64,000 bases of DNA from Emiliania huxleyi CCMP1516 (Eukaryota), in the NCBI RefSeq assembly GCF_000372725.1, contig NW_005202428.1:1411331-1475330 (forward strand), given 5' to 3'. The position numbers and the translations under genes were made by a program. The notes beneath the pieces were generated by a model. That model was not told the origin of the DNA. It did not search any database and saw only the letters and a program-made list of their open reading frames with translations. Position 1 is the stretch's first letter. Every line of letters begins with the position of its first letter. Positions 10,100 to 22,206 of this stretch are shown here, one piece after another.

Positions 10100-12767
10100 G
10101 TCGGCCTGCAGGCCCCCAGCGACGAGGAGAGTGTCGTCCGCGGAGACGGCGAGGCAGGGCGAGTCTGCGCCCGGCGAGGCGGCGTGCGAGCGGCAAGGCT
10201 GGTACTCGTGCGCCTGCAGAGTGCTCCCCTCGTGGCTGTGAGTTGCGAATGGCGAGACACGCGTGCGAGCGGGCAGGGCGGGGGCTGGTGCGCCGAGTCG
10301 TACGCGACGAGGGATCCGTCCGAGGCGGCGGAGAAGAGGCGGCGGGCGCCGCGTGCGTGCGCGAGGGCGAGGACGCGGCCGCGGTGCTGCCGGTGCTCCG
10401 CCAGGAGGGAGGTGGAGCCGATGTCGAAGACGCGGACCGTGCCATCGTCGAAGCCGCACGCGAGCGAATAGTCGGCGGGGTGGTACGCGACGCTGCGCGC
10501 GCAGCCGCCCGGCACCTCGAACTCGACCAGCTGCGGCGCCGCGCCGTCGAGCTCCCAGACGCGCACCGTCCCGTCGCACGACGCGGTGGCCAGCTCGCGG
10601 TTGTGCGGGTCGGACGCGACGGCGCAGATGAAGTCCGTGTGCGCGCGCAGCAGCGGCGCGAGCTGACCGCTCGCGAAGTCGAGCAGACCGACTGCACCGC
10701 GCCGCGTGCCGGCGAGCAGCTTGAGCCCGTCTGGCGAGGGGCTCAGCGCGACGACGGGGCCCTCAAGCTCCCTCTCGAGCCAGCAGGCGCCGAAGTCGAG
10801 CCGCCACGCGCACAGCTTGCCGTCGGCGCCGCCGGTGACGGCGAAGCCGCGCCCGAGCGCCAGCGCGTCGATGGGCCCGTCGTGCAGCGCAAAGACGTAC
10901 TCGAGTCGGCGCGCGAGCGGGTCGACCTGGAAGAGCTTGCCTCCGGACGAGGAGACGAGCATCCGCACGGGAGGCCGATCGGGTGCGGCGGCCTCCTCGT
11001 CGGGGGAGGCGGGGGGCGGGTCGAAGGCGAGGTCGAGGAGCATCTCACCCTCGTGGTGCTGCAGCGGCAGGCCGCAGCAGTGCAGCTTGCCGCGCTTGAC
11101 GCGCCAGAACCGGACCGACTCGAAGCCGCACGAGGCGAGCTGCGGCTCCTCGGCCGACCCGCCGGCCGGCGGGACGAAGGCGAGCCGGCGCACGTGGTGC
11201 AGCGTCACCTTGGCGTCGACCAACTCGACGGCGGGCACGGGCGCGTCTGCGGCGGAGATGTCCCACAGCGCGAGCATCTGCCGCGCGCGGTGGTCCTTGC
11301 CGACGGCGGCGAGCCTCGTGCCGTCGTGCGAGAGGGCGAGCGCGTGCATGTCGCAGGCGTGCTGCTGCAGCAGCGCGAGGCAAGCGCCGCTCCGCCACTC
11401 CCACAGCCGCACGATGGCGAGAGGCCCCTCCTGCGCCGCGGCGGGGGGGGGGGGGGGGGGGCGGTCATTAGTCATCGTCAACAACGAGTCCTGATCCTTC
11501 ATCGAGGACCCTCCTGCGCCGTGGCGAGGAGCGGCGCGGCCGCCGCCGCCGCGAGGGCGCAGATGGGCGCCGTGTGGCCGAAGAGGTGGCGCTGCTCGGA
11601 CGTGTCCACACGCTGCACGACGAGCGCCGCGCCGACGGCGTACGCGATCAGCTCCTACGGCGGGCGAAGAGACGGCTCACACCACGGTGCCGAGGCGGTG
11701 CCGACGGCGCAAGCTGGTCCGCTCCGGCTCGGGAAGCCACAGCAGCAGCCCCGGCTCCGCAGTCCAGCCGACGGCGCGGCGGAGGTGGAGCCGGGCGGGC
11801 GGCGACGGGAGCGCGGCTGTGCCGGGGGCGGAGCGCGGCGCCAGCGAAGCTCTTCGCCGCCGCCGCTCGACGGTGGAGGGCGAGGCGGAGAGCGAGGGCG
11901 AGGTAGGCGCGGCGACGACGTCTTCGCCCTGCGCCACGTCTCCGCCCTGCGCGCCGGCAGGCTCGCACGGCGCCCACAGCCAGCCGTACCGGTCAACCCA
12001 CACCTGCGGGAGGTGTCGTGGACGTATCCTGGACGCGTCGTGGTCGTGCCACCAGCCGCGTCGCTCCTCTCGACGCACGACGCGCCTGCGACGGCTCCAG
12101 CGGCCGGCCGGGCATCTCGGGGAGTCTCGGCGAATCGCGGGTGAGACGCCTGCGAAGGCTCGAGCGGCAGCGCCAGCGGCCACTCGCCGGCGCGCTCCGG
12201 CGGCAAGCGCAGTGGCGAGTGGACCTCGTCGGAGGTGAAGGAGCGAGCGAACGAGAGGTTGCCTGACAGAGTAAAGCCTCGCAGCGCGCAGCGGCCGGCC
12301 GGCAGGTCGGGCGCGTGTGCCCGGAGCAGGGCGGGCAGGTCGAGCGCAAGGACGATCCAGGTGCCGGCCGTGCCCGCCAGCGCGTTGGCCGGGAGCTGCA
12401 CCACGGAGCCGCACCGCCGCGCCGCCGCAAAGCACGTGGCAAAGGAGAGCCGCACTGCCGAGCGGTCGGCGGCGAGGACGTCCACGTGCAGCGCAAACGG
12501 GCGGCCGCGGCCCGCCACCCGGAGCTGCATGTAAACGTACCGCCCTGGAAGCCCGAGCGGCGGGCGGCCCTCGCGTGGCACGGCCAGAGTCGCGGTCGGC
12601 TTGAGCGGTCGGCTGCGCAGAACGAAGACGCGCCGCCCAAGCAGCCCGTCTGGCCGCTGCTGCACGTCGCCAGAGAAGCCGACGTCGACCCACTTGCGAT
12701 CCTCAAACGGCCGGAGCACGTCCTCCGTCCTGGCCTGGGCGGCGGATTTCGGGACGGAGGGCTTCAT
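10100..12767 (-). CDS. WDR90: WDR90/POC16-like centriolar protein (CFA20/DUF667 domain plus WD40 repeats), spliced, apparently 3'-truncated
   Basis: N-terminal CFA20-like LGLPGRYVYMQLR...FALHVDV...VRLSF, then many WD40 repeats (LASCGFESVRFW, ATASCDGTVRVWE, ACGFDDGTVRVFD). Confidence 0.75.
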
Positions 12768-12863
12768 TGCAGGCGCACGAAGAGCCGGTAGGTGTGTCGG
12801 CCATTGGCGCGAAAAAAGAACGCGGCCGCCCCCTTCCAGTGCTGTGAGTGCCTCCGCCGCAGC

Positions 12864-13853
12864 ATGAGCGATGGAAGCGCCTCAGAGAGCGGCGAGGAGG
12901 AGGGGCAAGATGGCCGCATGTCGTTGCTCGGCATCCTGAGCCGTAATCCCGTTGACGATATTCAGAAGCTGCTTGAAAGCGAGACGTTTGCGCCGGACGG
13001 CGAATCCTTCTGGGTCGATAAGCCTGACGTGGCCTGCATCGCTGTGGCGGCAGCCATGGCGTTCGCTCGTCCGGATGTGATGCGCTACCTGCTCACGGAC
13101 GAGGCGTGTTGCGCCGAGGTCAACTCCTTCCTCAACTTCCCATCCTTCAGCCTCTTTCACGAACGGACACCGCTGGGAGTGGCGATGAACACAAAAAACG
13201 CTGACTGCAAGCAGCAGGAGTGGCAAGAGTGCGTCTGGCTCTTGGTCGAGGCGGGAGCTGATGTTGACGCCGCTGCCTTCTGCGGCGAGGACGAGGAGGA
13301 CGAGGACGAGGAGGACGATTACGTTGACCAGGGAGATGTGCCTTTGGAGGCGGCTGTCGAGAACGGCCTCCTGATCGGCGCGCAGGTTTTGCGTGCGATG
13401 GGCGCGACCATTCCCTCGTACTGGCCGCCCCTCGCAGACCTCTCTCGAGACGAAGAACCGGGCGCGTACGACGTGTTTGAGTTTGTCCACCGCAGCGCAG
13501 ACTGGTCGCCCCTGCACTTCCTCAAGTGGCTTCCGACGTGGCGGACCTTGGAGCTACTGCGCGGCGACGCCGACGTCCACGAGCGAGTCACAGGAGTGGG
13601 CACACCGCTTGAGGTTGCGCAACAGCTCTCAGCTAAGCACGCGTCGGCAGCGCTTGTCATCCAGGCGGCTTCCCCGTGGTCGCCGCAGACGCACCACCTG
13701 TGGTCGAAAGTCGCCCGCAAGCACGCTGTGGGCGTGCTGCTGATCGGCCACCTGTTTGCCGAGTCAGCGTTCGCGCTGCGAGATGTCCAGGCCATCAAGG
13801 ACCTTTGGCCCATCTTCGTTATGCCGCACGCCATGTCGCGCGCGTCTGACTGA
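12864..13853 (+). CDS. Ankyrin-repeat-like protein (intronless)
   Basis: TPLGVA..., LLVEAGADVD, PLEAAVENG, WSPLHF and TPLEVA motifs; ATG at 12864 is in frame. Confidence 0.7.
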   Translation: MSDGSASESGEEEGQDGRMSLLGILSRNPVDDIQKLLESETFAPDGESFWVDKPDVACIAVAAAMAFARPDVMRYLLTDEACCAEVNSFLNFPSFSLFHERTPLGVAMNTKNADCKQQEWQECVWLLVEAGADVDAAAFCGEDEEDEDEEDDYVDQGDVPLEAAVENGLLIGAQVLRAMGATIPSYWPPLADLSRDEEPGAYDVFEFVHRSADWSPLHFLKWLPTWRTLELLRGDADVHERVTGVGTPLEVAQQLSAKHASAALVIQAASPWSPQTHHLWSKVARKHAVGVLLIGHLFAESAFALRDVQAIKDLWPIFVMPHAMSRASD

Positions 13854-14512
13854 GGAGTCACTCTTCAGTGGCTCGGTTTCATAAGGCAAGGCGCCAGCGC
13901 ATTGAGGCGTGGAGGAGTCACTGCGGGGTGCTGAAATGAAGAGCTTTGTTGCCTGTTCCGTGATAATGATTAAAAAGAGAGAGAGAAATCTAACACGCTG
14001 GTCGAGGAAACGCGAAGTTCTTTTAGCTTTTACGGGATTACGTCGGGGTGGGAGCTGGGGAGGCGCGCGGGTCCGGGTGGGGGGGACGGGGGTTGGGACT
14101 GGGTTGGGATGAAGGGGAGTGGGATGGGGATGGTCTTTTCGGCGAGCACCACGGTGCTAGCGGATTTGACCATCCGTCTGACCGCCATTCCGATGACGCC
14201 TTCGAGGACGACGGCTTCTGTGTCCACTGTGAGGACGAGCTGGACGAGCTTCTAAATTCTAATTACTGTCGTCCACACTTTGCCTGTTGTGTGAATCGTG
14301 CGTGTCTGTGCGAGAGACTTTTGAAATTCTTTTATATCTCGCGATAAACACAAAGCGAGGCGAGCGTTTAGCGAGCCACTAAGCTAGCCGTAGCCGTCGC
14401 GGTGTGGGCGCCATCCTCGGCCACAGATGCTCTCTAGTGCTAGAGTATCTCTGTTTTTTTTGCCTTCCGTCTTTCCCCACCCCCGGGGGGCGTGCCCTTT
14501 CTTTTTAGAGAA

Positions 14513-15703
14513 TTAACTCCGGTCGAGGGCCTCGGGAAGTCCGAGGCGAGAGCGGCCCTTCATGGTGAGGCAAAGGTACATCAGCTTCGTGTGCCCTTCC
14601 AGGGGATTGGGGTGGGATTCGTGTCTCGGCGCGCCAAAGCTTGCGTGTATGAGACCCGCGCGCAGCGCAGCATTGCGAACGGCTCTGTATTCAGGCAAGC
14701 AGTGCAAGCCGCGCTTCTTGTAGAACTTTTTGGAAACCGTGGCGTCCGGCGTCATGCAGTTCTGCCAGGTCCGATTGGGAAAATTGCGTAGCTCCCCGGT
14801 TTGACTGCCGTGCACGCAGTTCAGAAGGATGAGATGTCGTCCTTCCTCGGTCTCTATCTGGTCCACGACAGAGACGTCATCTTCGCAGCCCTCCCTATCG
14901 ATCCCATCAAGAAGTGCCTCTGCCTGAAAGTGCTGGCAATTACATGTATCCTCAGACTCCGACAGCTCGGCTAAGTGGCGGGAGGTGGCGCTTTTGACGC
15001 GATCCTTCAGGTCGGGACTTGCACTGATGGAGTCGGCGGATGCCGGTTCTGGTTCATCGACAGCGGGGTTTAGCGTGGCAGGAAGCACGTCGTGGATCCA
15101 ACTCAGCGCGACATCGCATGAGTCCAAAAGCACGTCGGCAGTCTGTGTCAGTGGCCCATAGATGACGACCGTCTTGACACCAATATCTCTTAGGCGCGCG
15201 ATCGTGTATGCATAGTCGCCGTCGCTAGTGATCAGTACCACAGTGATGGCTGCGTCGCGGGCGCGCTTCTCCCAGGCGGTATGCATCACATCGACAATCA
15301 GCTTCTTGTCGAGTGTCTCCTTGGTGCCACGTGTTGGACAGTCGACTAGTGTGAAGCCACTCAGATCGAGACCAATGCGATCAGTGCTACTGGTGGCCTT
15401 TGCAGAGTCGTAGTATAGGCGCCGCTCCGTGATGCGCCCGTGCGGCAGCACCACCTCGCGAATGGCATTGGCGGCCGCCGAGGCTTTGCACCAGTTCGGT
15501 ACAACCACGTTCTCGAAATCCCAAAAGATGCACGTGTCGCCGGCCAGGCCCATGTATGTGCAGGGCGCCGGCGCTGGTGTTTCGGGGTCCCTGCAAAACT
15601 TAGTTATCGATAGTTCGGGGGCCGGTGCGCCAGTCCGCTTTCTTTTCTGCGGAGAAAGAAAGAAAACAGACATCGAGGGATAGGGGAGGAGGACAGGGTC
15701 CAC
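14513..15703 (-). CDS. NYN-domain (PIN-like; MARF1/limkain-b1-type) ribonuclease
   Basis: IFWDFENV, KETLDKKLIVD and VLITSDGDYAY acidic catalytic motifs; start uncertain. Confidence 0.85.
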   Translation of the reverse strand: MDPVLLPYPSMSVFFLSPQKRKRTGAPAPELSITKFCRDPETPAPAPCTYMGLAGDTCIFWDFENVVVPNWCKASAAANAIREVVLPHGRITERRLYYDSAKATSSTDRIGLDLSGFTLVDCPTRGTKETLDKKLIVDVMHTAWEKRARDAAITVVLITSDGDYAYTIARLRDIGVKTVVIYGPLTQTADVLLDSCDVALSWIHDVLPATLNPAVDEPEPASADSISASPDLKDRVKSATSRHLAELSESEDTCNCQHFQAEALLDGIDREGCEDDVSVVDQIETEEGRHLILLNCVHGSQTGELRNFPNRTWQNCMTPDATVSKKFYKKRGLHCLPEYRAVRNAALRAGLIHASFGAPRHESHPNPLEGHTKLMYLCLTMKGRSRLGLPEALDRS

Positions 15704-15884
15704 ACCTGCACGAGCAGGATTTTGGAAGGACGATCAGGGGCACAGGTGGGGCTCTCCTGCTCCTGACAAGGGACACGACAGGCTCGCAGCGCGGTGCACG
15801 GTGGAATCCCAACTCCACTGGCGGTCCCTGAGTAAATTCTTCCTGCAAGAATTCTTTCTGCAAGCGAAGGCTCTCTTGCTTGCA

Positions 15885-16268
15885 ATGGCCAGGGTCTTCA
15901 CGCCGGACAAGCCAGTGCCTCAGCGGCCAAAGAGCGGGCCGCAGTCCTTCGGCATCGAGCTGCAGCAGCCAAAGTGGGTCGTCAAAAACATGCACCGCTT
16001 CCGAGAGGATCCGCAGCAGGCCGAACACGGCGTCGCAGCGCTGCTGCACATGGCAGAGACGACGCTGCCAGAGGACGTCGACGCGGTACTGGAGGCGAAC
16101 GGAGCCGAGGCCATCGTCGCGGCAATGCAGTGGCATCCAGAAACCCAGACTCTCCAGTCGCTCGCTACAAAAACACTCGCAGCGCTGGCCGCACACAGCG
16201 CCGCGGCGCGACGGAGGGTACTGGAGGCGGGTGCTAGTGAAGCCTGGCTCGAGAAGTCGCCCGCGTAG
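15885..16268 (+). CDS. Small armadillo-like repeat protein
   Basis: VLEANGAEAIVAAMQWHP...LQ.LA...LAALA is ARM-like. Confidence 0.55.
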   Translation: MARVFTPDKPVPQRPKSGPQSFGIELQQPKWVVKNMHRFREDPQQAEHGVAALLHMAETTLPEDVDAVLEANGAEAIVAAMQWHPETQTLQSLATKTLAALAAHSAAARRRVLEAGASEAWLEKSPA

Positions 16269-16627
16269 TCGTCGTACTGATGCACCTTTTGTGATGACAA
16301 GGCGCCACCAGCGCGCAGCAGCGCCTTCCTGGGGTGTGTGTGTGTGCACGCGGCATGTGTTATTATAGAGCGTACGTGTGTTCCTCCACACATCGTGGAC
16401 GTAGCACGCGTACTGTATTATTATTGTAAATTAGTGATATGACTCAATGTAAATAGGGGCACGTGCCCCGGCAAGCGGATCCATTCCGCTGCCGGAGGGC
16501 GCAAGCACAGGACACGCCGCGAAACTGGACGCACGGCGCGGCTGGCCGAAACCGCCGCCCCTGACATCTGATACACACGGCGATGACGAACTCGAACACA
16601 CGACAGCCTCAAAAGCAGCACACGTCG

Positions 16628-19600
16628 TCACACGACGCCGCCCTCCTCTCCAGTCAGCTGCGAGCGGCGGATCACGCCAACGTATCGGCCCGCGTACGTG
16701 ACGTACGCGTGCTCCGTCGCAAAGAGCGAAAACTGCATGTGCACCGTGGCGAGCGACGTCGCGGCGAGCACGACGGTGGGCGCGTGGTTGACGGCGGTGG
16801 GGCGCGAGCGGCCGATGCCCATCGACTCGTCCGTGCCGAGGGGCAGCACACCGAGGTCGAGCGGCAGGTCGAGCAGCGCGAGCTCCGACTCTGTGAACTC
16901 GCCGCCTAATCTCGGCCGAATCTCGGTTCACCTCGGGGGATCTCCGACCCGGTGAGCTCGCTGCGGAGGGAGGGACGCCAAACGAGGGCGAGACGAGGCC
17001 AGAGTTGCGCCGCTGCAGCCGCTGAGCGCGCGTCATCCTGGACGGCGCTCGCTCGATGCCGAGCCCCGGCGCGGGCGAGGGGTTGCCCGGCCGGCCCGCG
17101 GCCGTGCTCCCCGTGCTCGCGCGTTGCGTGTCGCTGCCGCTCGACGCCGCCGACGGAGAGACGGACGCCGGCGACGCGCTGAGCGCGTCCGCGCTCCCCG
17201 ACGGCTGCACGGCGCACGCTGCATCAGGAGTGGCGGCAGCCAGCGACGCCGATGCCGTCGTCGTCGCTGGCAGCGGCTGCTGCGTCGTCGTCTGTTGCGG
17301 CGGCGGCTGCGGCTGCGGCGTCTGCTGGTGCTGCGGCGGCTGGTGCTGCGTCTGCTGCGGCTGCTGCGTCTGCGGCTGCGTCTGCTGCGGCTGCGGCTGG
17401 TGCTGGCGCGTCATCGCCGTCAGCTCTGTGCTGTCCGACGGCTCCGCAGGGGCAGGCGCCAGCGGCTGCTGTCTGGCGAGCTCGCCGCCGAGGCTGCTGC
17501 GGTCGAGGCTGCGGCTGCGGGCGAGGGAGCGGCGGCTGCGTCGGTTGTCTCCGTCTCCGACGCCGAGGGAGGTGAGGGAGAGGTGCCGCGTGATTGTCCA
17601 CGAGCGAGGCGAGCCGAGCGCCTCGGTCATCTTTGTCGCAATCTTGTCGAGCAGCGGCGCGGGCCGCTTGCGCCCTCCGTCCGACGAGCAGAGGATGTGC
17701 TCGATCTGCAGGTCGAGGTAGGCGCGAGGCACCGCGCCGAGCAGCGCGCCGCCCGCGTCGACGAGCGCGAACTCGAGCGCCTCCGACTCGAGGAGCAGCC
17801 GGTGCGCGTCGGCGAAGGTGCACGGGACGCAGAGCGGCTTGAGGGTGGCGTCCATCACCTGCGAAGAGGGTGCCGAGAGGAGGGTCCGAGCAGGGTCCGA
17901 GCAGGAGCGGCTTGAGGGTGGCGCCCATCACGTCGTGCGCGCAGCGCGACGACGCGTGGTGCGGCTTGAGCGGCTGGATGTAGGGCAGCTTGTTGAGGGT
18001 CATCATCGTGTCGTAGATGGAGGTGTTGCACGCGTTGCCCACGCCGTACGCGAGAAGCACCGCCACGAGCACGGGGAGCATGTGGCTCAGCTGCCCGGTG
18101 AGCTCAAAGACGATCACCTGCTCGCGGTGCACGCGCGTCAAGAGGGTGTGGCGAGGCTCTCCCACAGCTGGCCGCTGGAGTCGAGGGCGCGCGCCGACGT
18201 CGACACGGTGCGGGTCACGCCCGCGGCGAGCGCCGCTGCGCCGACGACGGCGTACCCGCCCGCCGTGATCTGCACGTCGACGGGCGTGATGTCGTTGAGG
18301 AGCTCGCCGAAGAGTCTGCCGCCCGCCGCGCCAATCAGAAAGACGGGCGTGAAGACGCCGCACGAGATGGGGCAGCCGACGGCGATGCAGGTGAAGACGA
18401 ACTTGCACACGACGTAGATGGCGAGGTTGGCGGTGAGGGACGGGTTCGCCCAGCGCGCCGCCATGTCGAACGAGTTTGGCCGGAAGAGCTCGTTGATCAC
18501 CTGTTGGCGGTGTCGCACGCGCGGCGGACGTGTGAGGAGGCGCGGCTCGCCACTGGCCGCGGAGCTCGAGGCTCGCCGCTTGCGGCGGGGAGCGGAAGAG
18601 AATACAATACTAATAATGTTAATAAGAGCTCGAGGCTCGCCTCTTGCGGCGGGGAGCGGAAGAATCCAAACGGGAAAGTGAGCATCGCGGAGGTGAAGGC
18701 GACGACGAGCGTGTAGCCTGCGTCGTGAAGACAAGGGCTATAAGCACAGCCGAACGCGGCCGAGTACGGCCGAGTGTGTGTCCTCTCGAAGTGCTAGCTG
18801 CAATGCACGGATCCGGATGCCGCATCTAGAAGGAAGGGGGCCGTAGCGCGAGAGGAGCGCCTCGAGCGCGGTGGCGGACGAGCAGTCGCCGCGCAGAGGC
18901 GCGAGGACGTCGAAGCCGAGCAGCGCCTCGATGCGCGACGCGACCTAGGGTTAGGGTTAGGGTGGGTCAGGGTTAGGGTTAGAGCAGCGCCTCGATGCGC
19001 GACGCGACCTGCCGGCGCGCGGGCGGGAGCAGCGGGTGCGAGTGGTGCACGTAGCGGTGCCTGCGGGACCGGGGACGGGTCGGGGACGCGGGCATGTGCA
19101 TGTCATGGACGTGTGCGTGTGCGTGTGCATGTGCGTGCGCATGTCGTGGAGATGTCGCCGGGACGTGGCGGCGCCTGGTGCGGCGCTGCGCGAGGGCGAC
19201 GCGCAGCTCGCGCACGAGGGAGATGAGCGACGAGGTGGCGTGCACGAAGCCGGCGCCGACGAGGCCGCACACACAGCCGAGGAGCGCGAAGGCGTAGATC
19301 TCGCCGTTGTGCAGCAGCTGGTCCATGTCGCCAAAGTCCGTCTTGCGGAAGCCCTGGCCGAGCGATCCGGTGTCGCGCATGCCTCGAAAGACGAGCGCAC
19401 CGCAGACGGAGGCGAAGAGGCTCTTCCAGAGGTGCTGCACCGAGTAGTACGTCGAGGTCACCTCGATCGAGAAGAGCACCCCGCCGACCGGCGCGCCAAA
19501 GGTTGCGGCGACGCCGGCGGCGCAAGCGGCGGAGAGCATCTGCTGTCGCAGCGCCTCGTCCTGCGCGAGAGACAGCCGAGGTAAGCCGAGGTGCCGAGGT

Positions 19601-20351
19601 GGTGGCGAGGTGGTGGCGAGGTGGTGGCGAGGTGGTGGCGAGGTGGTGGCGAGGTGGTGGCGAGGTGCAGCCGAGGCACAGCCGGGAGTCTCGTCACGGC
19701 TAGTCTTGAGGCCTGGCCAAGCCGCCGGAAGCCCGGGAGGCGGGTCAGACACGCGGCGGCGCAGGAGGTGATGTGGACGTACGGCCCCTCCTTGCCGACG
19801 GAGAGGCCGCCCGCCAGCGCGAGCACGAGCGAGAGCATCTTCGCCACCATCGTGCGCAGCGAGAGGTAGTTGTGCATCCGCATGCCGCCCAGCACAGACT
19901 TCATCTGCGGGATGCCAGACCCGGCAGAGGCGGGGCCGATGAACTGGACGACCATGGCAGAGAGCGCGCACAGCACCAGCGCCGAGCCCGTCCACACGGC
20001 GTACGACGGCAGGAAGGAGCCCTCCGCCTGCGCCGCCGCCGCGCGGCCCATCACGAGCGCCTCAATCAGGTGGTCGAGCAGAAAGGCGAGCAGGTTGGCC
20101 GAGACGCCGATCATTAGCAGCAGCAGCGTCTCCTGGATCGCGTACACCCACCCGATGTGCCGCAGCAGGAAGCGGCGCACGACCATAAAGTGCGGCTCGG
20201 CGGCCGCCGGCGCGGGAAGGATGACCGATAGCCCGGAAGAGCCGACGCTCGCGTCATCGTCGTCGTCGCCATCGAGTAGCGCGCGCGCGTCGTTGAGCGC
20301 CCGGGTGAGACGGCCGTTCGTGTCGTGGTCCGCCCAGGTGGCAGCAGCCAT
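16628..20351 (-). CDS. CLC voltage-gated chloride channel with C-terminal CBS domains, multi-exon
   Basis: GSGIP, GKEGP, FGAPVGGVLFSIEVT, GVFTPVF, FELTGQ and SIYD...LPY motifs across exons. Confidence 0.93.
18947..18981 (+). repeat. Interstitial telomeric (TTAGGG)n tract inside a CLC intron
   Basis: agggttagggttagggtgggtcagggttagggtta. Confidence 0.9.
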
Positions 20352-20489
20352 CCCGCAGGCAGAGGGCGGAGATGGCGCCGTAAGCAAAGGTTAGAAAAGA
20401 GAAATCACGCCGATGCCCGCACTCCAAGTGCTCCAAGTGCACACCGCGCACCTACATGACAAGCGATCCCACGATTGCGAATGTGGGGA

Positions 20490-20840
20490 CTACATGATTA
20501 CAGGAAGGGTGGAGGGGCCCGTCTGCAGAGCTAGGCGGCGCGGGCACCCCCCACTGGGGCCGAGGACAAGGAGCCGTTCGTCGCTTGCTTGTTCTTTTGC
20601 TTGTTGATCCAGTCGGTACGCTCCTTGCGCGCCTGATTGTTTGATGTTGTCGGCGTCGCCCGCCACCGCCGCCTTGGAGATCTGCTGCGTGTGGTGGACG
20701 ACGAAGGAGGAGGCGCTCGCCGACGCCGCCCCGTACACCGTCCGGTCCGTGTTGGTGCCCGCCGCCTCTTTGGCGAACACGTGGAGGAACTGCTTGGTGG
20801 GCGGCGCAATGCCTCCCAAAGTTTCCACGAGCACCAGCCG
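20490..20840 (-). mobile_element. 3' fragment of a non-LTR retrotransposon ORF (RLE-type/CRE-like C-terminus)
   Basis: LVETLGG...DRTVYG...SFVVHHTQQISKA resembles the 'vETfGg' C-terminal region of RLE-bearing elements; no RT present. Confidence 0.5.
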
Positions 20841-22206
20841 CGTTACGGGTCCCGGGGGGTCGGATGGGTTGCGAGAGGGCCCCGGCTATTTTTTGTTTGA
20901 ATCCCGGAGGCCGTTAGAACATGAATTGACGGTCCACGTGCCCGTCCACAGCCACGGACAACATGCTAGCCCAGCAGGCCGCTCCCACCGCCGCCCGCGG
21001 CGGAGGCAAGGCGGCAAAGGGTGGCAAGGGTGGCGGCAAGGGCGGTGGCAAGGGTGGTGGCCGTGTGGCGCACCAGACCCGCTTTGCGCCGCCGCACTCA
21101 ACGCCCGATACTCGGTTAGAGCCGGCGGAGCGACGGCGGCAAAGGTGGCTGCGGCCGCCGGCGACCTCACACGGTGTCGAGCGCCGTAGAGACGGCCCCG
21201 AGAGCCGCCACCAGGTGTGCCACGACCGCCGCCGCGAGGCTCGTGGCGATGGATGCGCCAGACCCGCTTTGCGCCGCCGCCAACGCCCGATACTCGATCA
21301 GAGCCGGTGGAGCGACGGCGGCAGAGTTGCGGCCGCCGGCGACCTTCCCCTCGACCACGCCGCCGACCCGTCCACAAGCACGCGTGGACTGCCATCGAGA
21401 AGAAGGAGAAGGAGGGCGGCGGATCCGGAGCCCGCGGGCGCGGCGTGGGCGGGCGCGGGCGCGGGCGGACGCGCGGGACCCCGCCAGCGGAGGCGGCAAT
21501 GCCTCTGGCGGCTCTGCAGGCGGCGCGCGGCGCGCCCCTCGCCGGTCTCCCGCACGCTCCTGAGGGCCGAGAGGGCCGAGAGGCGGGGTCGGTGACCCGG
21601 GGGCATGGGCGGTGCGGCCCGCGCCGCGCGCGGGCGCGTAGCAGCCCGTGAGTGCCGAGATCGGGTCTGTGCTTCGACGTAGCATGGGCCCCCGGAGGCC
21701 CATCTACAGCAGCGGCGAAGTGAGCGTGTTTGTGGTGTTGGTGTGACGTCTGAGCTTGGATCTGTGACTAAAGCCGCTTACCACTGATGGATCCCCACCC
21801 GAATAACACACAGTGAGCGCCCCAGCACTTCACTACGCCCTCCGCGCGAAATCGCTAGTGGTGCTTTGTGGCAGCACATTGTGCTTTGTGGCAGCACGGG
21901 TGCGGTGCCCGAGACCGATTGCCCCACGAGCCCCTCCCCAACGTCGTCGACTTAATGAGAGGGTTCCAGCACTTGACCTCGTAGTGAACGTCCCGCATCT
22001 AGAAAAGAAAAAGGGCGCCGAATCCCTGCTTTCCGCACATCCAGCAAAAAAGAAAAGTGTGTCGGCGAGGCGAGCGAACGGACCGCACCAGGACAAGGGT
22101 TGTGCGTAGAGACAAGCGTGGTGTAGTGGTGTAGAGGCCGGTTTTCACATTTCTCATACTACTATAACTAGTACTCCTCTCGGCGACAAGCAACCACGCG
22201 CAGCCG

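Noticed and set aside
10243..12144. Long antisense or alternative-frame ORFs such as this 633-aa one, and most Arg/Ala/Pro-rich ORFs in the track
   Set aside because: These are shadow ORFs expected at high GC opposite real genes, with no motifs.
14048..14347. Small Cys-rich ORF
   Set aside because: No ATG in a convincing context and no recognisable domain.
18947..18981. True chromosome end
   Set aside because: The tract is short, degenerate and inside a gene that continues on both sides.
20912..21808. Solo LTR (gttag...taaca)
   Set aside because: No intact TG start, no TSD and no second copy in the window.
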